Assembly (NCBI GenBank): GCA_016783145.1
Contig: JADHXD010000003.1
Span: 6,437-70,436 of the forward strand
DNA: 64,000 bases
DNA from: Anaerolineae bacterium
Lineage (GTDB): Bacteria > Chloroflexota > Anaerolineae > JAFGEY01
Direction of reading: 5' to 3'
Shown: positions 50,165 through 59,796 of the stretch, piece by piece
Layout: every line of letters begins with the position of its first letter
Position numbering within the stretch: the first letter of the stretch is position 1
Notes under the pieces: generated by a model
The model's input: only the letters and a program-made list of their open reading frames with translations
What the model was told of the DNA's origin: nothing
Databases searched by the model: none
Made by a program: the position numbers and the translations under genes

Positions 50165-53100
50165 GTGAACGAACCACGCAGTCCTTCCGACAAGTCAAGC
50201 CGCAGATCTCACACGACCTGGGTATGGGCCATCGCCATCGCCAGCCTGCTTGCGGCCGCAACCGGCCTCTATCTCGCAGCCTGGCAACGCGACAGCTCGT
50301 GGCAGTGGGCTTTTGCTGCCGCCCTGGCGTATCTGGTACCCGTTACCCTGGCTGCCCTATCCCTCGGCTGGCGTGACAGCATGGTCACGGCAGGGATCGG
50401 GGCCTTGACGATCATCCCCCACGTCTGGCAGAGCTGGCGGCTGGGCAGACCATCAGGAATGATCGCGGGACTGGTCATCGTGGCTTTGCTCCTGCCTGCG
50501 TGGGCTCACTTGATGGGCACGCGCGCGGCATCCCAGCGGCGCGCAGGCACTCGAGTGCTGCGCCTGGGTCTGCGCCCCAGACCGGTAGAGCAACTCGCCC
50601 ACCTGGTGGACATTGGGAACGCCTTTCGCGCGGGCGAGTCCTTGCCCGAGATCATGGCGCTCACAGCTCAGGCCATCAGCAAGGGCGTGGGGGTTGGCAG
50701 AACGGTGATCAGCCTGACCGAGAGAGAACCTCCGGTCCTGCACAACGTGGCTGCTGTCGGCGTTGCCCCCTCTGCCTGGGAGCAGATCCAGTCCGTACAG
50801 TGCCCGCTGTCTGCCGTTCTGGACGTCATCCAGGACCGCTATCGCATCAGCCAGTCTTACTTTGTGCCCTCTTATGATCTGCCCACGTGGATGGATGCAC
50901 TGCGCACCGGGCTGTTCGTGCCAGCGGCCGATTCCGGGCAGGGCGAAGGGCTCTTGATCGTGCCGATGTACGGTTCGACTCAGAGGATCACTGGGTTCAT
51001 CGCCGTAGACCAGCCACCGAGCGGACGAGTCTCCGATCGGTCTCTGGTCGAGGTCCTGCAGGTGTTCGCTCACCAGGCTGCGATCTCGATGGAGAACTAT
51101 CGGCTGCGGAACGACCTGCAGCGGGGTAGAGATGATCTGGAGCTGTATACCAGCGTCGGACAGGTCATCACCTCAGACCTCGATCTCGAACGCTCCCTGG
51201 AACAGATCGTTGCTGCCAGCGTGCGGTTGCTGAACAGTGACTATGGCGCCCTGTTCACTTGGGATGAAGAGAGCGAAGGATGGGTGCCCACTATCGCACA
51301 CGGCTTTTCGGTGGGGGATACGCGGCTGTTCAGCGAATCCCAACTGAAAGAGCTGATCGCGCTCGTCGTCATCGGGGGACGTCCCCTCGTCCTCTCGGAC
51401 ACCAGCGCCGATCCAAGATTCAGCAACCTGCTCGCGGGGAAACTCCCGATTCGATCCTTGCTCCTCGTTCCGGTTGTAGAACGGCAGAAGGGGATCGGGA
51501 TGCTGCTGGCTGCTACTTCTCAGGCCAGTGTCTTTGACCAAACCGATCAGGCCTGGCTCTCAGCGCTGGCCAATCAGGCATCCGCCGCCATCCAGAACAA
51601 CCGCCTGCACAAACAGGCTGCGACCCGAACGAAGCAGTTGGCGACGCTGACTGTCCTCGGGGAAATGATCCTCTCCGGCCCAGATATTGACACGGCACTG
51701 GCCCGGATCGTGGACGAGGTACAGGCGATATCGAACGCCGAGTCCGGGGTGCTGCTGTTGATGGAGGAGGGAAAGCTTGCACCTCGCCTGTCTTTTGGCC
51801 TCGCTCGCGATCGGGAAACGAGCCTCTCTCAGGAACTCGGTCAGGGCACCGCTGACTGGGCAGCCCTGACCGGTTCGAGCGTCCTGATCCCCGACGTCAA
51901 GAAAGACAGGCGGTACTCGTTGGCAGTCGGCCCGGCGACGCGCTCTTTGCTTTGCGTGCCCCTCAAGAACCCTGACGACAACGTTATTGGGGTGATCGAG
52001 GTCGCCAACCCAACGGACAAGCGCGCGTTCACAGATCAAGACCGAGAGCTGTTGGAATCGATCGCACCTTTTGCGGTGATCGCCCTGCAGAACGCTCAGC
52101 TCCATCAGCAGACGGTAGACCACATTGCCGATCTTTCCTCGCTCTATGAGGTGGGCCAGGCGATCACCTCAAGACTGGACATCGAGGATACGCTCCAGAT
52201 CGCTGTCGACGAGACCGCACGCCTGACGAGTGCTGCGAGAAGTCAGATCCTGCTTGTCGATGAGGAGTCCCGCCAGGTCACCCACCTGGTGCAGAGGGGA
52301 TATAGTGCTCGCTTCCCGGCTGCGATAGCCTATGAGCAAGCTACCCGGGGACTGCATAGCTGGGTGCTCCGGGAAAAGATCCCCACCCTATCGGCTCACG
52401 TATACGAGGATGAGCGCATGCGCGGTGCGCCGGTGGAGCACCTGACAGGGCCAGATGCGCGTTCGCTCATCATCGCCCCGTTGTTGATCAAAGGTTACCC
52501 GGTGGGCACGTTGAGCGCGGTCCGGACAGCCGCTGCAGACCCATTCACTGAGCGCGAGCTGGAGCTACTCAATACGCTGGCCGGACAGGCTTCGATTGCC
52601 ATCGAGAACGCGCGCTTCTTTGAGGAACGCAAGCGCCAGATTACGGAACTGAGCATCTTGAACCAGATGGGGCAGTCTCTCAGCTCCTCTCTAGAGCTGG
52701 CAGATTTGCTGGATCTGATCTACCGGCAAGTCGCACGGGTGATGGATGCGCAGAACTTTTACATCGCGCTTTGGGATCCTGAACAAGAGGTCATCAGTTT
52801 TCCGCTTGCCTACGAACACGGGGTACAGCAGGCCGGTCCCAACCACGAGTCCCTTTCAGAGGAATGGCTTCCCAGGCAGGGCCGGATGGGGCTGACAGAA
52901 CGTATCATCCAGACAAAGAAGCACCTCTGGCTCCCGAGCCAGGTTCAGGAATGGCTGGAAAAGGAGGGTGTGGAGGAGATCGGCGAGCCCGCGCTTTCCT
53001 GGCTGGGAGTCCCCATCCTGGCAGATGACCGCGTACTGGGCGTGATCGCGGTGCAGAGTCTTGAGCAGGAGAACGACTACGATCAGGGGGATCTCGATCT

Positions 53101-55696
53101 GCTGATGACGATCGCCAGCCAGGCTTCGGCCCACATCCGAAACGCACAGCTATTTGCCCAGGTGACCCGAATGTCCGAGACCCTGGAGCAAGTGGTCGCG
53201 GAACGAACCGAAGCCCTCGCGCGGGCAAACCAGGAATTGAGGGTAGAGCGAGACCGTCTGGATCACCTCTACCAGATCACACGCCAACTGTCGAGCAGCC
53301 TGCAGTTGGAGCGAGTGCTGAGTCAGACCCTGGTCCTGATCAGTCAGGCACTGGACATCCAGCAGGGATACATCCTGGTCCAAGACGTGGGAACGACGAA
53401 CTGGACGTACAGGGCTTCGGTGGGGACGACGGCTCCATCTCCGGATGGAAGTGCATTCCCCTCGCCACGGGTGGGCGACAAGGTAGGCTGTGAGCGAGAT
53501 CGAGGGATGATCGGATGGCTGGCCTCTCAGCAGGACTCGGTTCGCATCGGCAACTTGAGAAACCGCGCGCGCTGGCAGATCGTCCAAAACCAGCATCGAT
53601 GGCACAGCTCTGTGCTCGCCGCCCCCCTGCTCTTGGGGGAGGAGGCCACGGGGGCTATCCTGCTCTACCACGCCCTGCCTGACCACTTTACGGCAGACCA
53701 TCAGCGTATGATCGGGGCCATCGCGTCACAGATCGCGATCACGGTCAGCAACGCCGATATGTTCAGGTTGTTGCGTGAATCTGCGGACCGACTGGGCAAC
53801 ATGCTGCGCACGCAGCAACTGGAAGCCAGCAAGAGTCACGCCATCCTGGAAGGTGTGGCAGATGGGGTGATGGTGACGGACGCCGTCGGGGAGATCACCT
53901 TATTTAACGTTGCTGCCGAACACATCCTGCAGAGGCCTCGCACTGAGGTGATCGGACGTTCCGTGCAAGAGATGTCCGGGATCTTGAACCTGGCCGGCAC
54001 ATCCTGGCCCGAACTGGCAGAGCGGTGGGGAGGAGGACGGATCCAGCCCGGACAAGAGGACCTGTACGATGACCGGCTCGAGCTGGAGGACCGGGTGATC
54101 AGCATGCGCGTTGCCCCGCTCATCCGCGAGGGAGAGTTTGGGGGAACGGCCTCGGTCTTCCGCGACATCACCAAGGATGTGGAGGTAGATCGGGTCAAGA
54201 GTGAATTCGTCTCCAGCGTGTCGCACGAGCTGCGTACTCCGATGACGTCGATCAAGGGTTATATCGACCTGCTCTATGGCGGGATGGTCGGGCCAGTCAG
54301 CGCGGAGCAGAGACGTTTCCTGCAGATCGTCAAGAACAACGCCGATCGACTGACAACGCTGGTCAACGAATTACTTGACCTCTCCAGCATCGATTCCGGG
54401 AGGCTCAACCTGATGCTGGAGCCCGTGGACCCTGTGTACATCGTGGACAGCGTTCTGACCGACCGGGCACCTCGAGCAGCAGAGCAAGGGCTCGACGTGA
54501 GGAGCTTGATCGAGGAGCCTTTGCCTTCCGTTCGCGCCGACCCGACCCGCCTGACGCAGATCCTAACCAACCTGGTGGAAAACGCGGTCAAGTATACGCC
54601 CACCGGGGGCCAGGTCAGGATCAGCGCTCAAGTAGTCAAGCAGGATCTACACTTTCACATCACCGACAGCGGCATTGGTATTTCCAGGGTCGATCAGGAA
54701 AAGCTGTTCGGCCGGTTCTTTCGCGCTGACAACACCACGGTACAGACACACAGCGGGTCGGGGCTGGGGCTCTCCATCGTCAAGGCGATGGTCGAACTGC
54801 ATGGCGGTGAGGTCTGGCTCAAGAGCAGGCTGGGCGAGGGCAGTACCTTCAGCTTTAGCATCCCCCTGGCAGAGCAGGGCCTCAGGGCAAAGCCTCGCCC
54901 AGAGTTCAGGACGGTCAGCTACCGAGTGCAAGATAAGCACATCCTGGTCGTCGAGGACCAAAACGATGAAGCGAACTGGATCGCTCACCAGCTCAGAAGC
55001 CAGGGGGGATACCGCGTGCACGTGGTGCGATCGGGGCGAGATGCTTTGGACTACCTGACGAACAGCGGGCATCCCACAGACCTGATCACATTGGACCTGC
55101 GCCTCCCAGATATGGATGGTCTGCAGGTGCTGCAGCAGATCCGGAAAACCCAATCCCTGTCCGCTATTCCAGTGGTGATCATCTCCGTGCGGAGGCGAGA
55201 CAAGGATGGGCAGAGGCTGGACGCCGAGGCGTACCTGACCAAACCCATTGAGGCTGGGCGCCTGCTGGCTACCATTGAGGAGATCCTGAGCGAGAAAGCC
55301 AAAGTGCTCATTGTCGAGGACGACCAGTCGCTGGCGCACCTGTTTCGGGAAGCGCTCGAGAGGCACGGCTTTGAGGTAGTCCTTCGATACGATGGACGGC
55401 AAGCCGTGAGTGCGGCCAGGGTCGAGCGTCCCGGGCTGATTTTGCTGGACATCAAGCTGCCGGGCATGGATGGCTTTGAGGTGCTGAGCAGGCTAAAGAA
55501 CACGCCCGAAACTCGCAACACGCCGGTGATCGTGGTCACCGGAAGCGTTACAGACGCAGAGGGCAAGCGGCGCCGGGTCTTGGATATGGGAGCGATGCAA
55601 TTTCTCACCAAACCACTGGATGTCGGAGCGCTGATTGCAGAGATCCAGGAGGTACTGGTTGGTGAAAGCCAGGAAGGCGTGGTCTCGTCGAATTGA
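50165..55696 (+). CDS. Giant hybrid histidine kinase (TM, multiple GAF, PAS, HisKA, HATPase, REC, REC)
   Basis: N-terminal TM helices; about 6-7 GAF repeats ending in QA(S/A)xAIxNxxL; SHELRTPM; NAVKY; two receiver domains. Confidence 0.92.
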   Translation: MNEPRSPSDKSSRRSHTTWVWAIAIASLLAAATGLYLAAWQRDSSWQWAFAAALAYLVPVTLAALSLGWRDSMVTAGIGALTIIPHVWQSWRLGRPSGMIAGLVIVALLLPAWAHLMGTRAASQRRAGTRVLRLGLRPRPVEQLAHLVDIGNAFRAGESLPEIMALTAQAISKGVGVGRTVISLTEREPPVLHNVAAVGVAPSAWEQIQSVQCPLSAVLDVIQDRYRISQSYFVPSYDLPTWMDALRTGLFVPAADSGQGEGLLIVPMYGSTQRITGFIAVDQPPSGRVSDRSLVEVLQVFAHQAAISMENYRLRNDLQRGRDDLELYTSVGQVITSDLDLERSLEQIVAASVRLLNSDYGALFTWDEESEGWVPTIAHGFSVGDTRLFSESQLKELIALVVIGGRPLVLSDTSADPRFSNLLAGKLPIRSLLLVPVVERQKGIGMLLAATSQASVFDQTDQAWLSALANQASAAIQNNRLHKQAATRTKQLATLTVLGEMILSGPDIDTALARIVDEVQAISNAESGVLLLMEEGKLAPRLSFGLARDRETSLSQELGQGTADWAALTGSSVLIPDVKKDRRYSLAVGPATRSLLCVPLKNPDDNVIGVIEVANPTDKRAFTDQDRELLESIAPFAVIALQNAQLHQQTVDHIADLSSLYEVGQAITSRLDIEDTLQIAVDETARLTSAARSQILLVDEESRQVTHLVQRGYSARFPAAIAYEQATRGLHSWVLREKIPTLSAHVYEDERMRGAPVEHLTGPDARSLIIAPLLIKGYPVGTLSAVRTAAADPFTERELELLNTLAGQASIAIENARFFEERKRQITELSILNQMGQSLSSSLELADLLDLIYRQVARVMDAQNFYIALWDPEQEVISFPLAYEHGVQQAGPNHESLSEEWLPRQGRMGLTERIIQTKKHLWLPSQVQEWLEKEGVEEIGEPALSWLGVPILADDRVLGVIAVQSLEQENDYDQGDLDLLMTIASQASAHIRNAQLFAQVTRMSETLEQVVAERTEALARANQELRVERDRLDHLYQITRQLSSSLQLERVLSQTLVLISQALDIQQGYILVQDVGTTNWTYRASVGTTAPSPDGSAFPSPRVGDKVGCERDRGMIGWLASQQDSVRIGNLRNRARWQIVQNQHRWHSSVLAAPLLLGEEATGAILLYHALPDHFTADHQRMIGAIASQIAITVSNADMFRLLRESADRLGNMLRTQQLEASKSHAILEGVADGVMVTDAVGEITLFNVAAEHILQRPRTEVIGRSVQEMSGILNLAGTSWPELAERWGGGRIQPGQEDLYDDRLELEDRVISMRVAPLIREGEFGGTASVFRDITKDVEVDRVKSEFVSSVSHELRTPMTSIKGYIDLLYGGMVGPVSAEQRRFLQIVKNNADRLTTLVNELLDLSSIDSGRLNLMLEPVDPVYIVDSVLTDRAPRAAEQGLDVRSLIEEPLPSVRADPTRLTQILTNLVENAVKYTPTGGQVRISAQVVKQDLHFHITDSGIGISRVDQEKLFGRFFRADNTTVQTHSGSGLGLSIVKAMVELHGGEVWLKSRLGEGSTFSFSIPLAEQGLRAKPRPEFRTVSYRVQDKHILVVEDQNDEANWIAHQLRSQGGYRVHVVRSGRDALDYLTNSGHPTDLITLDLRLPDMDGLQVLQQIRKTQSLSAIPVVIISVRRRDKDGQRLDAEAYLTKPIEAGRLLATIEEILSEKAKVLIVEDDQSLAHLFREALERHGFEVVLRYDGRQAVSAARVERPGLILLDIKLPGMDGFEVLSRLKNTPETRNTPVIVVTGSVTDAEGKRRRVLDMGAMQFLTKPLDVGALIAEIQEVLVGESQEGVVSSN

Positions 55697-55739
55697 CGTT
55701 GGCATAGGCGCGAGAACTGACTCGCGGCAGGGAGTCTAC

Positions 55740-58700
55740 GTGCTGGTCTGGTTAGAAGAGAACCAAGAGAATATCCTGGAGCACTGGCTGGCTGCCCTGC
55801 GCGGCCAAGGCGGGGCGATCGCTCGCCTGGTAGAGGACGACGATCGACTGCGAGAAGAGCTTATGCCGCTCTACCGGGCCGTCGCTAGCGCAGTCACAGA
55901 CCAGGGCACAGCGCTCGCCCTGGATCTGACCGGATGGGTGCAGCGATGCAGGCAGACATGGAACGCGTCTTTGGCCGACATGCTCCAGGTTGTGTTTCCC
56001 CTGAGGACGGCCCTTGAGACGCTGGCGCCGCACGACGACACAGAGCAGTCTGCCGGCTTTTGGCGCAGCGTGCTCTCTGGCATGGACCAGACGGTTGTCG
56101 CCCTCTCTGAGATCCACACGGGGGCAATGGAGCAGGTACTGACCGAGCGCTTGCAGGAAGCAGAACGCCTCAATGCCAGCCTGATCCAGGCGACCAAAGA
56201 GGCAGATAGAACGCTGGTTCAGCTACGATCGATCTATGACATCTCCCAGACACTGGCGACGGCGCTCAACAACGTCGAGGACGTCTTTACCGGTCTTGTG
56301 CAGAAGCTGGGAGCGGCGCTCCAGGCACACCACTGTGCGCTCTGGTTGAGTGACGTGGGTACACTGCATATCGTGGCTGCGTACGACGAAACCAACTTGC
56401 CGCACATCAGGGTGACAGAGCAAGATAAAGAGTGCTCGCTTGGCGCCATCCTTCGCTCCGGGAGATCTCAGGTGCTTTGCCGAGGCGAGACCACGCGTCC
56501 GGGCGACGAGGAATTGATGGCCAGACTACGGGCCCATACACTGCTGCTTGCGCCGCTGGCTGTCCAGGAGATCCCGATCGGGGTACTGACGCTGGGTCGG
56601 GGCAGCGAGTCCAGGGCGTTTGACTCGACTGAAGTAGACCTGGTCGAGTCGGTGGTCAGCCAGGCGGCCATCGCCATCCAGAATGCGGGCCTGTACGAGG
56701 AAATCCGCTCCTTGAATCGCAGCCTGGAGGAGCGTGTCGCCGCACGCACCCAGGAGGTAGCCAGAGAGAAGGAGCGAATGGGGACGCTCCATGCGCTGGG
56801 CCGTGAGTTGAGCATCAGCCTGGATCTGAACTATGTCCTGGAAAAGACCCTGCAGTTGGTCACCCAAGCTGTGGGCGCCCAGCAGGGCTCGATCGTCTTG
56901 CTGGACCGCGAGACGGATGACCTGGTGTACGGTGCCCGACTGGACGAGCACGGCCCGCTGCCCCTGGACGAAAAACGTGTGCCACTAAAGCCCGAGTCCG
57001 ATGCAGCCGGGTGGGTGCTCCGAAGCCGGGAGCCTGCGCTGATCGACGACGCATCCACGGACAAACGGTGGCTGCCCAGTGCGAACGGCGCGCCTGCAGT
57101 CCGGTCCTTGATCGCTGCGCCACTGATCGTGGGAGATGACATCCACGGCGTGCTCCTGATCTTGGACGACAGGCCAGGCGTCTTTGACGAGTCTCAGCTC
57201 AGGCTGGTCGCCGCTGCAGCGCAGCAAGTCGCGCAAGCGATCAGCAACGCGCAGCTCTACACCTATGTACGGAGCTCCGCCGAACGGTTGGGGCAGTTAC
57301 TTCGCCGCGAGCAGGAGGAGAGGTCCAAGAGCCAGGCTATCCTACAGTCGATCGCCGATGGGGTGATCGTGAACGACACGCAGCACAGGGTGATCGTCTT
57401 TAATGCAGCGGCTGAAGAGATACTGGACACCACGGAAGAGAAGGTCCTGGGCCAGGATGTCTGGCAGTTGTTCGACGTGTTCGAGGAGAGCGGGCGACGA
57501 ATCGCGCTGAACGCACTGGAAACCATCAGCTCGTCTCCACTTGGTTCGATGGGTGAGGTCATTGAGACGACGCTCGAGATCGACAGGAAAATCGTGAGCG
57601 CTCACATGGCGCCGGTTGTCACTGACACCCAGGAGCTGCTGGGCGTCGTCACCGCCCTGCGTGACATCACGCGAGAAGTGGAGGCCGACCGTGCCAAGAG
57701 CGAGTGGGTATCTACCGTCTCTCACGAGCTGCGCACTCCGCTGACGTCCATCAAGGGCTATACCGACCTGATCTACGCCGGAGCTGTCGGGCCAACGAAC
57801 GAAAGCCAGAAACGGTTCCTGGACATCATCAAGAACAACATCGACCGGCTGACCGCGCTGATCAGCGATCTGCTGGATATATCGCGCATCGAGATGGGAC
57901 GTATTAGGCTCAGGATCCAGCCCCTTGACCTCGTCGAGGTCGTTCAAGAGGTGGTCGAATCTCTGCGCGGGCAGATCCAGGCCAAAGGCATCAAGCTGGA
58001 ACTGGCACTGCCCAATCACGTCGACGAGATCATGGGAGACCGGACCCGCGTGACCCAGATCGTGACCAACCTGATCAACAATGCCTACAAGTTCACGGAC
58101 AGTGGATGGATCCGCGTGTCGCTTGCGCCGATCGGAGGAGCAGCGCGGTTGGATGTTGCCGACAGCGGGATCGGCATTTCGGCTGAGGACCTTGGCCGTA
58201 TCTTTGAGCGCTTTTACCAAGCAGATACCGCCAATATGGACGGCCGAGGAGGGGCAGGACTGGGGCTTTCGATCACCAAGGAGCTGATCGAGCTGCACGG
58301 CGGGCGCGTCTGGGTCAAGAGCGAGCTGGAAGTCGGCAGCACGTTCACCGTCGTCCTCCCTTCGGTGACACAGGAATTGCCGTCGTCCCTTGTGGCAGAA
58401 CTGCCCGCCGGAGCGAAAAAGATATTGGTGGTAGATGACGAGCGGGATATCCTGGCTATGCTGCGCCACGGCCTGACCATGCAGGGCTATAACGTGATCA
58501 CGGCTTCGACCGGGGGGGAGGCGATCGTCAGGGCGATCAGAGATCAGCCTGACCTGATCACCCTAGATATCTTGCTGCCAGACCGGCATGGTTTTGACGT
58601 GTTGCAGGAACTCAAGGCTCGCTCGGATACCTCGCACATTCCGGTCATCATCCTTTCCGTCGTTCAAGATGAGGGCAGCGGCTACCGGCTGGGAGCAGTA

Positions 58701-59165
58701 GATTACATTGTCAAGCCGATCGGCGAACAGCGTCTGGTGGACAGCATCTCTCGCGTGCTCGAGCGCAGAGGCAGGATCTTGGTCGCGGAGGACATCCCAG
58801 ACACCGCAGAGCTGCTGGTCGGGCTGCTGAGAAAGCACGGGTATGAGCCGATGCACGCCGTGGACGGATATGAGACCCTTCTGTTAGCCCGTCGCGAACG
58901 TCCCGGGCTGATCCTCCTGGATCTGCAGATGCCCGGTATGGACGGATACGAGGCACTGACGCGACTCAAGAAGGATCCCAAGACGCGCGGGATCCCCATC
59001 TTGGTAATGTCGGCCCACGCTGCCGACCCGGTTCAGGAACGGCTCAAGGTGCTGGCCATGGGCGCAGAGGATTTCCTGACCAAGCCTTTCTCCATAGAAA
59101 AGCTGTTGACCGGGATCGCCAAAGTCAGCTTTGACGAGAATGAGTCCGAACGCACGATGAATTGA
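55740..59165 (+). CDS. Hybrid histidine kinase (RsbRD_N-like, GAF, GAF, PAS, HisKA, HATPase, REC, REC)
   Basis: ENILEHWL N-terminal helical domain; SHELRTPL; NAYKF; two receivers; GGGAG before GTG 55740. Confidence 0.9.
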   Translation: MLVWLEENQENILEHWLAALRGQGGAIARLVEDDDRLREELMPLYRAVASAVTDQGTALALDLTGWVQRCRQTWNASLADMLQVVFPLRTALETLAPHDDTEQSAGFWRSVLSGMDQTVVALSEIHTGAMEQVLTERLQEAERLNASLIQATKEADRTLVQLRSIYDISQTLATALNNVEDVFTGLVQKLGAALQAHHCALWLSDVGTLHIVAAYDETNLPHIRVTEQDKECSLGAILRSGRSQVLCRGETTRPGDEELMARLRAHTLLLAPLAVQEIPIGVLTLGRGSESRAFDSTEVDLVESVVSQAAIAIQNAGLYEEIRSLNRSLEERVAARTQEVAREKERMGTLHALGRELSISLDLNYVLEKTLQLVTQAVGAQQGSIVLLDRETDDLVYGARLDEHGPLPLDEKRVPLKPESDAAGWVLRSREPALIDDASTDKRWLPSANGAPAVRSLIAAPLIVGDDIHGVLLILDDRPGVFDESQLRLVAAAAQQVAQAISNAQLYTYVRSSAERLGQLLRREQEERSKSQAILQSIADGVIVNDTQHRVIVFNAAAEEILDTTEEKVLGQDVWQLFDVFEESGRRIALNALETISSSPLGSMGEVIETTLEIDRKIVSAHMAPVVTDTQELLGVVTALRDITREVEADRAKSEWVSTVSHELRTPLTSIKGYTDLIYAGAVGPTNESQKRFLDIIKNNIDRLTALISDLLDISRIEMGRIRLRIQPLDLVEVVQEVVESLRGQIQAKGIKLELALPNHVDEIMGDRTRVTQIVTNLINNAYKFTDSGWIRVSLAPIGGAARLDVADSGIGISAEDLGRIFERFYQADTANMDGRGGAGLGLSITKELIELHGGRVWVKSELEVGSTFTVVLPSVTQELPSSLVAELPAGAKKILVVDDERDILAMLRHGLTMQGYNVITASTGGEAIVRAIRDQPDLITLDILLPDRHGFDVLQELKARSDTSHIPVIILSVVQDEGSGYRLGAVDYIVKPIGEQRLVDSISRVLERRGRILVAEDIPDTAELLVGLLRKHGYEPMHAVDGYETLLLARRERPGLILLDLQMPGMDGYEALTRLKKDPKTRGIPILVMSAHAADPVQERLKVLAMGAEDFLTKPFSIEKLLTGIAKVSFDENESERTMN

Positions 59166-59172
59166 GCAGACC

Positions 59173-59796
59173 GTGATGCCTGGGATAGAGACAAGCCAAA
59201 AGGAGAACCATACGGCCTTTAAGACCGTCGAGCAGACGAACGGGGCACGTATCGTTGAGCTGGTCGCCCTGGAACGCATAGGCCGCGAGCTGAATTCCAC
59301 GTTCGACTTGGATCAGGTCCTTGATCTCTTGATCCGCAAAGTCGTGGACCTGACACCCGCTGTGTGCGGCAGCGTGCTGCTCATCGATGGACAGGTGGAG
59401 ACGCTGCAGCCTCGTGCCTGGTATGGATACACCGCCCCCCAGGTGGTGACCAACTTGATGAGCAATGCTCACAAGTATTCTCCTGATGGTGCCCAGATCG
59501 CCATCACCGGCCAACACGAGAATGGACGCCTGATGATCCAAGTCCGAGATGCGGGCATTGGCATCTCGGCGACGGACCAGCGGCGTCTGTTCACGCGCTT
59601 CTTTCGGACGAATGACGCCGTCCTGACCCAAGAGAGCGGCACCGGCCTGGGACTCGCTATCTGTCGCGAGATCATGCAGCGCCATCACGGCGAGATCCAG
59701 GTTGAGAGCGAGGTGGGCAAAGGGAGCACCTTTCGCCTGGTACTTCCCGTCGATGCCGCTACCGACGGGAAGGCTCTAGAGAGGGACGCACGGTGA
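59173..59796 (+). pseudogene. Internally deleted histidine kinase (start of a GAF fused to HATPase_c; no HisKA)
   Basis: IGRELNSTFDLDQVL...AWYGYTAP joins directly to QVVTNLMSNAHKYS; no H-box. Confidence 0.65.
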
